64,000 bases of DNA from a virus, in IMG/VR virus record IMGVR_UViG_3300033145_001156, positions 32,001 through 96,000 of that record; one strand, 5' to 3'. Under the pieces are notes generated by a model. That model was not told the DNA's origin and searched no databases. It worked only from the letters and a program-made list of their open reading frames with translations. Made by a program: the position numbers and the translations under genes. Below, piece after piece: positions 40,398-51,200 of the stretch (position 1 is the first letter of the stretch; each line of letters starts with the position of its first letter).

Positions 40398-42162
40398 AAG
40401 AGTTCGCGGACGACCTGGCTGAGCGCATATACGCATTGGAGGCGCTCCAGGCCGTGCTGCCGATGAGCGACGAAGAGTTCCTGGAGATGGGGCGCAGGCT
40501 ACAACGGGCCATCGATCGAGAGTATCAAAAGGTAACTGGCCAATACATAGTCTCCGACCATCTCAAGCTCCACCGGTTCAGGCTGGAGCTGGACGTGGAG
40601 GGCGACTGGGGCCTGCTGGCTAGGGGAATCGTCAGGATGATCCTGGACTGGGAAGCAGGGCTGAGTTGCGAGCCTGCTGCCCTGGAGGGCTACGGGACGC
40701 CTTCGCTCATGCTCCGCGTTCCCGACACGGGGGAGACGAGGATGGGCTGCAGGATCAAGGTGCGTCACTATTATGGGCTGAGGACATAACGTGGAAGAGA
40801 TGACTTGCAGCGATGAGGAGTTCCCTGCCATAACCGTAGATGTCTTGGATGCGCTGGTGCGAGAACTGAAGGAGCGGATGCCTTCTGAGGGGTTGTATCT
40901 CACGAACTGGGGCAACGAAGGGTATACCTTGCCGAGCGATGACCACGTCGTGCCTCGGCGCTGGCTAGCTGACATGGGCGAGGATGAGCGAGAAGGAATA
41001 GAAGCATGGCACACATGGACTTTGAGGCGGGATTACAAAGAGAGGTGGGCAAAGATGGCGAGGATAGACGTGAGGAGCAGCATAGAGGAGCAGTTGGGGG
41101 CGATGACGCAGGACGACGTGGACAGGTTCTGCAACATAGCCAACTTAGCCAAGATGACCACAGAGGAGTTTGGGGAGTGGTTCGAAGACTGGTCGCTGGA
41201 GGGGCTGGCGCAATTACTGACTGCGAGGATAGCAGAATGATATGTGCGGTCTGCGGGCGCGAGGACAAGTTTGACTTCCACGTGCTAGACACGGTGTGGA
41301 TATGCGTGGTGCCGGAAGAGTGGTGGGATGAACACGTCTGCCTGAGCTGCTTCGACGAGTTGGCGTTCAAGAAGAGCTACAGGTACACCATCAAGGTGTT
41401 GTACTTCGACGGGCATCGACAGCCGATCACGTTCACGGCCCGGGAAGGGATAATCGAGGAGGAGAGAGGATGACTGCTATCAACACGGAATTTGAAACCA
41501 TGGAATTCAGGGTACAACCGCCAGAACAGAGGGAGAGAAAGGGGATAGATATCAAAAGGCTGTTCGCGAAGCTATGGTCACTCCAATACCCGAAACGGTA
41601 TCGTGAAGACTTCATGTACTGCTGGGAGCAGTGGCGATACACGGATTGGCCAGAAAGCGGCCTATGGTGGGCTTGCCAAGTGTTCGGAGAGTATGTCTAT
41701 CCCGGTTGGACTTATAGCGATGAAGAGCGTGAGATCCTTGAGCAGCAGAGAACGGCAAGACAAGAGGCGCAGGCCTGAAGAAGGGGGAAGGGAATGATTT
41801 GGCAAGTAGTTGACGTTGTGGCGTTGTGGGTTGGGAGGGCCGTGCTGGGTCTGATGGTGCTGACGGTGGCGACCATCCTCGTGGGCATGTTCGCCATCGG
41901 GTTCCAGGTCGTCCGGAAGGGCGCGCGGGACGCGTGGCGGGCCATCAAAGTCGCACGGAAGGGCAAATGAGGGTAGTCGGGGACCTGGCAGTCGACGAGG
42001 AAGGCTACATGTACTTCAGGATATGCACCACGCATGGCTGGACGCCCGGGCGGAACAAGCTGTGCCGGGTGGGCGGCGGCATGGTGTTCTTCTGGGACGA
42101 CTACATCGGGGTCGAGAGGGGGTTCCCCATCGGGGAGTTCGTGGAATGGCTGAGAGAGGTAG

Positions 42163-43239
42163 ATGATGAAGTATCAGGAACCGGAGAAGCTGAGCGACAG
42201 CAAGCTGAAGGCGTACCACTGGTGGCTGCATTCTAGGTACAGCCGGGAGGACGTGAGTAGGAAGGAGGTCGCCAGGAGGCACACCGAGGCTGTCAGGGTG
42301 ATGGAGGCCCGCGGGGTGAAGCATCCCAGGCAGGACAAGCTGGATAGAGCGACGGTGGACGACTTTGCGCGAAGACGTGAAGGCGGGCCAGGAAAGGGTC
42401 GGAGAAGTCCTGTGAAAGATGAAGACCAGAATGAGGCCGAGCCAGGCAGGGAGACACAGGACTTTGCGCAAAGTTTGGAGGAGTCGCATAGTCGGAGCAA
42501 GTGCATGAGGTGTGACGAACCGCCGGTAGTGGATGTCCAGTGGGCCGACGGTCGTGGGAGGGCGTGGTTCTGCCTGCCGTGCTTCAGGGAATGGATCAAG
42601 GGAGAATATGAAGGAGACGACAGGGAGATAGTCAGGGCGTTCCACGTCCTCGACGGGGAGGTCCCGAAGAAGATAGGGGATGGAGAGCAGGTTAAGAAGC
42701 TAGGTGACCAATTGAAGGACAAGGAGATAGCTGAGCGCATCGAGAAGTTGACAGGGATGGAGGAGGCGCGGCGGCTGGACGACACCTACAAGCCCGAATA
42801 CTTCGAGAAGTGGATGGACTGGGACAGGCACGTGCGCGCGTGGAATGCGATAAAGCCGCACCTGAGGGGGCAGTCGTTCCTGGACGTGGGCTGCGGGATG
42901 GGGTTCGCGCTGTCGCAGCTGAGGCAGGCGGGCTACAGGGTGAGGGGAACGGAAGTGAGTCCGTGGGCCATAGGGTTCTGCGCCGCGCTGGGGATCAGGG
43001 TGGACAGGGCCAGCGCTACCAAGCTGCCCTACGAGGACGGATCGTTCGACACCGTGTTCTCGATGTTCCTGCTGGACGACGTCCCCGGGAAGGCCGTCGA
43101 GGAGTCAATCAGGGTCGCGAGGATGAGGGCGGTGCACCTGGTCCCCGACGTGGAGAAGTGGGCGGGGGGGGAGCTGGCGGACGGGTTCCGGGTGCTGGTA
43201 CACGACAAGTCGGCGGCGAAGTCCGGGCAGGAAGCGTGA
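42163..43239 (+). CDS. Multidomain protein: His-rich N-domain, CxxC domain, class I SAM methyltransferase
   Basis: LDVGCGMG and LPYEDGSFD motifs; CMRC...CLPC; N-terminus MMKYQE. Confidence 0.75.
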   Translation: MMKYQEPEKLSDSKLKAYHWWLHSRYSREDVSRKEVARRHTEAVRVMEARGVKHPRQDKLDRATVDDFARRREGGPGKGRRSPVKDEDQNEAEPGRETQDFAQSLEESHSRSKCMRCDEPPVVDVQWADGRGRAWFCLPCFREWIKGEYEGDDREIVRAFHVLDGEVPKKIGDGEQVKKLGDQLKDKEIAERIEKLTGMEEARRLDDTYKPEYFEKWMDWDRHVRAWNAIKPHLRGQSFLDVGCGMGFALSQLRQAGYRVRGTEVSPWAIGFCAALGIRVDRASATKLPYEDGSFDTVFSMFLLDDVPGKAVEESIRVARMRAVHLVPDVEKWAGGELADGFRVLVHDKSAAKSGQEA

Positions 43240-43240
43240 T

Positions 43241-43268
43241 TTGACACAAGCCGTGGATTCACTATAAT
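43241..43268 (+). promoter_or_regulatory. sigma70-type promoter of the head operon
   Basis: TTGACA-16 bp-TATAAT. Confidence 0.75.
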
Positions 43269-43327
43269 ATGATTAGCAAGCGGATAATGCGGGGATGACC
43301 CGCTACAACTGAATAGATACTATCGCG

Positions 43328-43364
43328 AGGCCGGAGAGCCCTTTTCTCCGGCCTTTTGCGTTTT
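43328..43364 (+). terminator. Intrinsic terminator in the head-operon leader
   Basis: 10-bp stem AGGCCGGAGA/TCTCCGGCCT followed by TTTGCGTTTT. Confidence 0.7.
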
Positions 43365-43374
43365 GGAGGTGGAC

Positions 43375-43692
43375 ATGTACAAGTACGGCGTCCCGTTCAG
43401 GGAGGCCAAGATGAAGACTGTCGACGGCATAAAAATGCCAGCTTCGGCTTTCCTCTACGTTCCCGACCCGGAACTTCCCAGCACGTGGAGGCTGCCGATC
43501 CGGGACAAGGACGGGAAGATGACCGCCAAGCAGTTGGGCATGGCGGCTGCGGCGCTGGGGCCCGGGTTCAGGGGGCAGAGGGTCGAGCTCCCCGCCGGGG
43601 CGAGGAAGGCTGCGGCAAGGAAGCTGATCGGGTTGTACAGGAAGCTGGACAAGGAACCACCCCCATATCTCAAGAAGATAGGAGGTGGATGA
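43375..43692 (+). CDS. Head-associated protein (PASAFLYVPD...STWRLP domain)
   Basis: GGAGGTG RBS; precedes the prohead protease. Confidence 0.65.
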   Translation: MYKYGVPFREAKMKTVDGIKMPASAFLYVPDPELPSTWRLPIRDKDGKMTAKQLGMAAAALGPGFRGQRVELPAGARKAAARKLIGLYRKLDKEPPPYLKKIGGG

Positions 43693-45041
43693 TGCCGTGG
43701 GTTTTGAGTGACGTAGATAAGCATAAGGCAGGGTTGAGCAAGAAGCAGAAGGAGTTATGGCTGAAGGTAGCCAACCCGGCGCGGGAGCGGTGCCTCGGCA
43801 AGATCGAGGGGACGCCCAGCAAGGAGCAGATCAAGAAGTGCGAGGGCAGCGCCATCCGGCAGGCCAATGCGGTCGTGGGAGGCAAGGTGAGCGAGGTGCA
43901 GATATGCGAGGCGTCGCCCAGCCACGAGATCTACCTGACTGAGAAGGAGGGTAGGAAGTGGCGGGTGGGCCTCATAGACGAGGGGATGTCGGGCAACCGA
44001 CGCCTCTATACCGGGGAAGTGCTTCGGGAGGCGGTCAATCTTTTCGAGGGGGCCCCGAGTTTCGCAGACCATCCCACCACCGACGAGGAGGCTGAGAGGC
44101 CGGAGCGCAGCATCCGCGACAAGATGGGCGTGTTCGAGAACCCCGTCTGGGAATCCGACGGAATCAAGGCGGACTTCATACCGATAGATCCCTGGCTACG
44201 TGAAGTCATGCTGACGAGCTTCAACGAGGGTGTCCCGGACTTCGTGCAGTTCTCGATAAACGCCAAGGGGCTCGCGGAGAGCGAGAAAGACGCCCACGGG
44301 AAGTACCAAAACGTCACGCGGATACTGAGCGTGCAGTCCGTGGACGTCGTGACGCAGGCCGCGGCTGGCGGGAAGGTGATAGAACTACTGGCGTCCCAGA
44401 AAGAGGATGCTGAAATCGAGGAGGAGAGGATGATAGACTGGAAAGAGTTGACTGTCAAGGAGCTCGCGGACAACTGTCCGGAACTCCTGGAGTCGATACG
44501 TGTAGAAGAGAAAGCGAAAGCCTACGGCGAGAAGGAGGAGCTGTTCGCGCTCCAGGAGACCATCAAGGGGCTGGAGGACGATAAGGTCACCCTGGAGGCC
44601 GAGAAGACGGCCCTGGGCGAGAAGATCGCGGGCCTCGAGGGCGAGAAGGCAGAGCTCGAGGGGGCGGTCAGCAAGATGACCGTGAGCGCCCGGATGGTGG
44701 AGGCTTCGAACGTCGTGGTCCAGAAGATCGCCGAGGCGGAACTCCCGGACGTGACGAGGAAGAAGCTGACGAAGCTCTTCGAGGTCACCGTGGAGGCGTA
44801 CGCCAAGGACGGATCGGAGGAGGCTGGTGCGAAGCTGGAGCAGGTCATCACCGACGCCATCGAGGCCGAGAGGGTGTACCTGGACGAGCTGATGAAGCAG
44901 CCCGAGATCACGGGCATGGGCAAGACGGAGAAGGAAGGCCTGACGATGGGGGACGCGAAGACGAAGCTGAAGGAGGCGTTCATGAGGCATGGCCACTCCG
45001 AGGAGGAAGCGGAGGAAATGGCAGGAGGCAGGAATGGCTAA
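43689..45041 (+). CDS. Prohead protease plus scaffold (ChaB-like N-terminus)
   Basis: SGNRRLY, FADHP, FSINAKG and SVDVVTQAAAGG protease motifs; acidic coiled-coil C-terminus. Confidence 0.85.
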   Translation: MMPWVLSDVDKHKAGLSKKQKELWLKVANPARERCLGKIEGTPSKEQIKKCEGSAIRQANAVVGGKVSEVQICEASPSHEIYLTEKEGRKWRVGLIDEGMSGNRRLYTGEVLREAVNLFEGAPSFADHPTTDEEAERPERSIRDKMGVFENPVWESDGIKADFIPIDPWLREVMLTSFNEGVPDFVQFSINAKGLAESEKDAHGKYQNVTRILSVQSVDVVTQAAAGGKVIELLASQKEDAEIEEERMIDWKELTVKELADNCPELLESIRVEEKAKAYGEKEELFALQETIKGLEDDKVTLEAEKTALGEKIAGLEGEKAELEGAVSKMTVSARMVEASNVVVQKIAEAELPDVTRKKLTKLFEVTVEAYAKDGSEEAGAKLEQVITDAIEAERVYLDELMKQPEITGMGKTEKEGLTMGDAKTKLKEAFMRHGHSEEEAEEMAGGRNG

Positions 45042-46095
45042 GAACGAGTGTTGGAGCAAGGGCGGCGGATACGAGCTGCTCATGGAGGAAGTCAAGACAG
45101 ACCACCCCGGGACTCTCGACAGCGGTGAGGCGTTCCGGGCGAGCGAGTTCACCGGCGTCGCGCTGGTGGACATAGCGGACGCTGGGAGCGGGACGATCAC
45201 GCGCGCGATGGGTTTCGGGCTGACGGTTGCTGCCACGGATGACGGCGGGGCGAGTGCCGTGGCGCTCGGGGATCCGCTGTACTACCACTCGGACGACGGG
45301 GCCGTCAACAAGGTCGTGAACGACGGGTACTTCATCGGGTGGGCATGGGGCGTGGTGGCTTCTGGGTCAGCCGTCATCTGCGTGCTGCTGGACCAGGACC
45401 CGGACTACACCAGGTTCATGGACGAGCAGCTCCTGGAGTTCGGCGACGGGGCGGGCACGAAGGAGGACGCGGGGGACGTGCAGATCTGGTTCGACCTGGC
45501 CGACCAGGATTTCATGGTCAGCAATTTACTAGCCGGGAGCGACGTCCGCATTGACACGACCGATGACGGTAGGATCGAGCTGAACAGCCATACTTACGGG
45601 GCCACCATCCCGAACTGGGAAGGTATAGTGCGGGTTAATCCTACGTTTGGCACGGCTAATCCGGCTCTTGACGTGTGCACGTTCAACGTGCAGCCATTAG
45701 TGCTTGATACCGTTACTGGTACCAACATTATTGGTTCGCAGAGCGACATCTACATAAATGGTGGAGTTGGTGATTGGTCGGGAGTGATGCGCGCTGGTCA
45801 GTTCCAGGTCACGGATGATGCTGTTGCTGGGCGTACAATCGCTGGGCCGGTCATGATGATCAGAACATGGCAGCAGTTGATCGCCACAGTGACTAACGGC
45901 GTGTATGCTATCTACTCAGACATAGCAACTGGAGGCACTGGATATACAGCATGGCTGTGGGTGGGCGACGACGGCGGACAGCAGGCTGACTTGGCATCTG
46001 CGGTAAGCGCTACAGTTATTGCAGTTGTCACTTGCGAAGTGGATGGGGCTGCTGTGGGTTACATCCCGGTCTATGACGGATACACACCTGCATAA
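45034..46095 (+). CDS. Capsid decoration/cement protein (DUF2190-like) with long beta-rich extension
   Basis: GVAL...GDPLYY...FIGWA N-domain; between scaffold and major capsid. Confidence 0.55.
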   Translation: MAKNECWSKGGGYELLMEEVKTDHPGTLDSGEAFRASEFTGVALVDIADAGSGTITRAMGFGLTVAATDDGGASAVALGDPLYYHSDDGAVNKVVNDGYFIGWAWGVVASGSAVICVLLDQDPDYTRFMDEQLLEFGDGAGTKEDAGDVQIWFDLADQDFMVSNLLAGSDVRIDTTDDGRIELNSHTYGATIPNWEGIVRVNPTFGTANPALDVCTFNVQPLVLDTVTGTNIIGSQSDIYINGGVGDWSGVMRAGQFQVTDDAVAGRTIAGPVMMIRTWQQLIATVTNGVYAIYSDIATGGTGYTAWLWVGDDGGQQADLASAVSATVIAVVTCEVDGAAVGYIPVYDGYTPA

Positions 46096-46132
46096 CCTAA
46101 GTTGATTTGACGTAAACTGAAAGGGGGGCATC

Positions 46133-46414
46133 GTGCCCAAGGATAAAGACACCAAAACCACGATGAAGGGGCTCGCTTTGAGTGAGGAGCAGAAGAAGGT
46201 GGTGGCCGAGCTGCAGAAGTTCAAGCAGAGGCTCCAGCGGGAGCAGCAGAAGGCCGCCACGATTCAGGACCAGCTCTCTCGACAGGTGGGCGTAATAGCT
46301 GAGGTGACGGGGGTCGTCAAGTATCTGAGGGCGCAGATGCCTTCTCCCGAAGAGATGACGGGGGAAGTGACCTTGGGCGAGAAGATCTCGCTCAGGGAAC
46401 CTAAAACTGAATAG
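46133..46414 (+). CDS. Coiled-coil hypothetical protein
   Basis: Gln/Lys-rich heptad pattern. Confidence 0.55.
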   Translation: MPKDKDTKTTMKGLALSEEQKKVVAELQKFKQRLQREQQKAATIQDQLSRQVGVIAEVTGVVKYLRAQMPSPEEMTGEVTLGEKISLREPKTE

Positions 46415-46490
46415 CATCGAGATACCAGATACATCGTAGACACATCGCGGCCCTCGGAAGACAAGACACTTACACCATAGGAGGGTGAAC

Positions 46491-47660
46491 ATGAGTGGAG
46501 TATTGAAACTGATCGAGAACCTGGACATCCAGCGAGCGGCGATCCACAAGACGTACGACAAGGACGGCGTAAACCTCCGCAGGCGTTGGAACAGTCCGGA
46601 GTGGAACAACAAGGTCGCGGACTTCGTGAACCTGTGGGCGGACGTTGAGCAGGGCATCCGACCCAACTGGTACCTGAGAGAAGTCCTGACCACGAGTGAC
46701 TTCCCGATGCTGTTCGGGGACGTCCTGGACAGGCGGCTCCTGGCTGCCTACCGGCGCGCCCCGGCGACGTGGCGGGACTACATCAGGACCGACACCGTGC
46801 GGGACTTCCGCCAGGTGAAGCGGTTCGACATCAACACCGGCTCGAGGGTCTTGGACCCGGTGGCCGAGAAGGGCGAGTACACCCCGATCGTCAACAACGA
46901 GGGTGAGTACGACTACACGGTCGGGAAGTACGGCAACCAGAAGGACTACTCCTGGGAGGCCATCGTCAACGACGACTTGGGGGCGCTGAAGAGGGCTCCG
47001 GACGAGCTGGCGACGCTAGCGGCCAACACGGAGGCCTGGTTCGCGACGAGCCTGTTTTCGAATGCCGCGGCCTGGGCTTCAGCCTTCGGCGGGCTAGCAT
47101 ACACCGGCACGGCCAGGCTGGGGGTCGCGGCGCTGCAGCTGGGCATCACCACGATGCAGACCAGGACCGATCCCGGCGGAGCGCCGATCAACGCGAGGCC
47201 GATATGGCTGGTGGTCCCCCCGAACCTGGAGTTTCAGGCGAGGTCGATCCTCGAGTCCATCGAGCTGGACTGGGAAGGCGCGACGGTCGCCCCGTTGGGG
47301 GGCAACGCGTTCACCTACGGGACTAAGAACGTCATCAGGGGCTACCTGAAGCTGAGGGTGAACGATTGGCTGCCCATCGTGGGGGCCAACGGCACGGAAG
47401 CATGGTACCTGTTCACCGACTACAACAACATCCAGGCGATGGAAGTCGGGTTCCTGAGGGGCCACGAGACCCCGGAGGTGCGGATGAAGAGTTCCGATTC
47501 CGTGCTCCTGGGCGGCGGGCCTGTCAGCCCGATGGAGGGCACTTTCCTGGACGACGACGTGGTCTACAGGGTCCGGATGATCATCGGCGGGACCCGGATG
47601 GACTGGCGCGGCGCGTACGCTTCCAACGGTACGGCGGCACAGCCTTCGATCCCTGCGTAA
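46491..47660 (+). CDS. Major capsid protein (HK97 fold, Mu gpT-like)
   Basis: TTSDFPMLFG, DFRQVK, EKGEY, SWEAIVNDDLG, LVVPPNLE, FLRG and DWRG motifs. Confidence 0.9.
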   Translation: MSGVLKLIENLDIQRAAIHKTYDKDGVNLRRRWNSPEWNNKVADFVNLWADVEQGIRPNWYLREVLTTSDFPMLFGDVLDRRLLAAYRRAPATWRDYIRTDTVRDFRQVKRFDINTGSRVLDPVAEKGEYTPIVNNEGEYDYTVGKYGNQKDYSWEAIVNDDLGALKRAPDELATLAANTEAWFATSLFSNAAAWASAFGGLAYTGTARLGVAALQLGITTMQTRTDPGGAPINARPIWLVVPPNLEFQARSILESIELDWEGATVAPLGGNAFTYGTKNVIRGYLKLRVNDWLPIVGANGTEAWYLFTDYNNIQAMEVGFLRGHETPEVRMKSSDSVLLGGGPVSPMEGTFLDDDVVYRVRMIIGGTRMDWRGAYASNGTAAQPSIPA

Positions 47661-47666
47661 ACACTT

Positions 47667-47688
47667 GAGGGGGCCTCGCGGCCCCCTC
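47667..47688 (+). terminator. GC-rich hairpin after the major capsid gene (no U tract)
   Basis: GAGGGGGCC-TCGC-GGCCCCCTC. Confidence 0.5.
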
Positions 47689-47704
47689 TGAAGGAGAGGA
47701 GAAT

Positions 47705-48628
47705 ATGGCGAGAGGAGCACTTGGCGTCCAGCCGCCGGACAGTTTCACGCGGCAGGCAGCGAGGGCACTAGCGGTGCTGCCCCCTGCCGGGGCATACGAC
47801 GCTGCGCCCCTGGAACTCGAATCGGGGCTCATGAAGTGGGTGACGCTGAGCGTCACGTACATCCGGGGGGCGGTGAACGGGGCGGTCGACCTCATGATAG
47901 AAACCAGCCCCTACAACCAAGCTGCTGAAGTGCCTGCGGGAGCGCAGGAATGGTTCACTTCGACGCTCTACGTCGCTGGGGCACCACCGCCCGCGCCAGT
48001 GGGCAGCGACGTCTATGAGGAGTTCATCACGTACACCTCCACCCTCGCCACGAATGCGTACACCTACGGACCTATACGGCTCGGGGGGACCATACCTAGG
48101 CTGAAGGTGTCCTGCAGGGAGAGCGGGGTCGTGGGGACCCCGGGGACTTGCCACATAGTAGCGTACTTTGCACCTTATGGAGCGTGATAAATGCCAGGAC
48201 TGACTAACGAAGCCGCGGGGACGGCGACTGCATGTGCAGTTCAGGACGTGTTCGACCTCGTAAACGCAGAATTGGTGTTGCAGGAGACCGGTTCCACGTT
48301 GACTTCTACGGCTGCGGAGCAGAACGTATATGTATCAGAAACACCACTTGGGTGCTTTAAGCCGATAGTCGTGTTCATTTCGCTCGATGCGATGGCAGCG
48401 GGCGCGGATTCTGTGACCATCAGGTCATATTATAGAATCGCGGCAGCACCAGCGGGCTATTTGCTCAGCGATACTCAGACATATACGGGTGTCGATGGAG
48501 GCCTTGCAGGGGGGCGTGTGTTAGTAGCAATAGACCTTTATCCGAACCGCTTTGGATGTCGAGTGACATTACAGAGAGTCGGTGGAGCAGATTATGCGTT
48601 CCCTTGGGCCGTACACTTAGAGAATTAG
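47705..48628 (+). CDS. Two putative virion proteins (47705..48187 and 48191..48628)
   Basis: Beta-rich, Ala/Gly/Thr-rich ORFs directly after the major capsid gene. Confidence 0.55.
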
Positions 48629-48639
48629 GGAGATGAGAT

Positions 48640-49329
48640 ATGGTTCGAGGCTATGATCACTTAGGCATAAACTTCGAGATGCTTATGGATTTACAGATGA
48701 ACGAGGGTATTGGTACAATTGTGTACGATTCTGCAAAAGCTCATCATCCGTTTGTGTTGACAGCTACGGCTACTTGGACGAACCTGGCGAACGATCTGAC
48801 CGTGATAGATTTCAACGCTGCGAACCCAGACCACATCGCGTGCGGGGCTGCTGCATGTGCTGACTTGGACTTCACGGCTGGAGACTTCAGTGGAGCCTGC
48901 TGGGTACGAGGAGATGCCCTTGGTAACAGGAACATCCTGACCCACGGCGTCCACAACGTGGACGGATGGTACTGGTACATAGATGTCAATGGTGCGATGA
49001 ACCTGATCACGAGTCAGGCGGCGGCATATCAAGTTACCATCGGCGCTGCCGGGGACATCGTCGTGGGAACGTGGAGATTCGTGTCTTTTTCAAGGGACGG
49101 CGAGGTCGTGAACATGTACACCAACGGCGCAGAAGTCACCACTATCGCAGGTACTCATGTCGACCCCGTTACGGCAGCGGCCCGGAACTTCTACATCGGA
49201 GTGAACAACGCCGCCGGGGCTGCATGGTATGACGGGTATCTGTGGAGGCCGAGGGTTTGGGATAGGGTTTTAACTGCTGCTGAGTTTCTCTCTCTCTTCG
49301 AGATGGAACGCACATACTTAGGGGCTTAG
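48640..49329 (+). CDS. LamG/concanavalin A-like lectin domain protein
   Basis: DFSGACWV, WRFVSFSRDG...MYTNG, FYIG and RVWDRVLT motifs. Confidence 0.8.
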   Translation: MVRGYDHLGINFEMLMDLQMNEGIGTIVYDSAKAHHPFVLTATATWTNLANDLTVIDFNAANPDHIACGAAACADLDFTAGDFSGACWVRGDALGNRNILTHGVHNVDGWYWYIDVNGAMNLITSQAAAYQVTIGAAGDIVVGTWRFVSFSRDGEVVNMYTNGAEVTTIAGTHVDPVTAAARNFYIGVNNAAGAAWYDGYLWRPRVWDRVLTAAEFLSLFEMERTYLGA

Positions 49330-50538
49330 ATGGGCATAGGACTTGTGGACGACCTCTGGAGAATAGAGCACGGCATACACCACACTCCCCGATTCACCGG
49401 GGACATATGGTTCGTGGACGCTGCGGTCGCAACGAGCGGGAGTGGGGAGACCCCATACCAAGCGTTGAAGACCATCAAGGAGGCAGTGACCCTCGCGAGC
49501 GCGGGGGATGCGATTACGGTCAAGGCTGGGGTTTACAGCGAAGACGCCCTGGACTTGAACAAGGACGGATTAGAGCTATGGGGTGAGATAGGTGTCGTCA
49601 TAGGCAGTTCCGTCGGGGGGACGGTGCTGACGGTCTCCGGGGACTATTGCTGGGTTGAAGAGGTCTGGCTGACCGAGGCTGGTCAGGTAGGCATGGCGCT
49701 CACCGGAGCACGTTGTTACATAATGCGCGTACAGAGCGGACCGGGCAACTCCATCGGGTTCGACGTGGACGGGACAGCCAACGTCCTAGAGCGGTGCCAC
49801 GCCGGGCAGCCCACGACCACCGGGTTCGACGTCGGGGCCAACGGGAACGCGCTGAGGGACTGCGACGCCATCGGCACGGGAGCTGGGACCCGCGGGTTCC
49901 ACGTCTCTGCTGGGCTGAGGAACAAGCTTTTCAACTGCGCGAGCGTGGCGAACACGACGGCGGGATTCGAGATCGCGACCGGCTCCAACAGCAACCTGCT
50001 GGAGAACTGCGCGTCGGGGGCCGGGGACGGGCGCTGGGTGGACGCAGACCTCGCGAGCGTGTGGAGTAATTTCACGTACGACGACACGGTCTACAAGATC
50101 ACGACGTTCAACGGCGGGACGACCTACAACATGTTCAAGATCACCGGGGCGGTCAGGGTGAGCGACATCCACGGGCACGTGGACACGGAGATCCCGAACG
50201 TCGCCAGCGACCTGCACCTGGAGCTGTTCTCCACCGGCGGCGCGGTCAACATAACGAACGGGCCGGGCACCAACATACAGGCGGCGGTCGTCGGAGCGCT
50301 GCTGGTGAGGAACGCGGAGTCGACGGTCAATATAGACCTGGCGGACCCGAACGGGACTCCTGCGTTGGCGGAGAACGCGAACTGGCGCGACCCGAAGACC
50401 ATCATAGACGTAGTGAAGGACGGCGGGGCGGACACCTACATCCGGGCGGTCCTGAGCGTGGCACAGGCCAGCGGGGCGATCCACTGGCACTGCATGTGGG
50501 AGCCGCTGACGGAGTCAGGTTTCCTGGAGGCAGCATAA
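49330..50538 (+). CDS. Right-handed beta-helix (pectin-lyase-like) virion protein
   Basis: GSGETPYQALKTIKEAV...GDAITVKAGVYSE, then repeated GF.V...N.L..C coils. Confidence 0.75.
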   Translation: MGIGLVDDLWRIEHGIHHTPRFTGDIWFVDAAVATSGSGETPYQALKTIKEAVTLASAGDAITVKAGVYSEDALDLNKDGLELWGEIGVVIGSSVGGTVLTVSGDYCWVEEVWLTEAGQVGMALTGARCYIMRVQSGPGNSIGFDVDGTANVLERCHAGQPTTTGFDVGANGNALRDCDAIGTGAGTRGFHVSAGLRNKLFNCASVANTTAGFEIATGSNSNLLENCASGAGDGRWVDADLASVWSNFTYDDTVYKITTFNGGTTYNMFKITGAVRVSDIHGHVDTEIPNVASDLHLELFSTGGAVNITNGPGTNIQAAVVGALLVRNAESTVNIDLADPNGTPALAENANWRDPKTIIDVVKDGGADTYIRAVLSVAQASGAIHWHCMWEPLTESGFLEAA

Positions 50539-50780
50539 GGGTGAAACACGCCCAGGACTTCTCATTCGACGTCCGGGCAATATACGAGGATTAGGATGGC
50601 TGATGAGAAGAAGGTCTGGCTGATAGGCAAGTGCTTCATCTGCGAGAAGTACTGGCCCGAGGACGAGATGACCAAGGCGAGGGTAGTCACGAGGGCGATG
50701 AAGGAGAAGGAGCCGGTCAAGTACGTGTGCCCGGACTGCAAGAAGATAATTGAGCATGAGCCGGTAGTAGAGGAGATATA

Positions 50781-51200
50781 ATGGCCACGTTCAGCTATGG
50801 AGACCCGCCAGCCACCAATAGGGATTATGTCCGACTTCTTGTGGTGGACATTGATCTGACGACCACGGTTGGGCCGCGCGAAGACTGGAGTGTGTTCTTT
50901 ACAAATGAAGAGATTGACGTGTTTTTAGCCCTGGCAGTCAACAACGTCTGGCGAGCATCGGCCATAGCTCTTCGTGCAATCGCAGTATCGAAAGCACTGA
51001 TGGCGAAGGCATTTTCAATCGGAGACTACTCGGAGAGTGCGACTGAGATTCAGGTTGCAGAAACTCTCAACCGCAAGGCTGAGGAGTTTGACGAATTGGC
51101 TGTGAAATACGGGGGTCCGTATTCCTCCGTACAAAGTTTTGATTTCACGAATTTCGCCTTTAGAGCCAGAACATGGAGGGACGCTCTTGTCGGAGACTAA
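50781..51200 (+). CDS. Head-tail adaptor
   Basis: VRLLV.D, FTNEEI..FL and IGDYS; synteny. Confidence 0.7.
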   Translation: MATFSYGDPPATNRDYVRLLVVDIDLTTTVGPREDWSVFFTNEEIDVFLALAVNNVWRASAIALRAIAVSKALMAKAFSIGDYSESATEIQVAETLNRKAEEFDELAVKYGGPYSSVQSFDFTNFAFRARTWRDALVGD

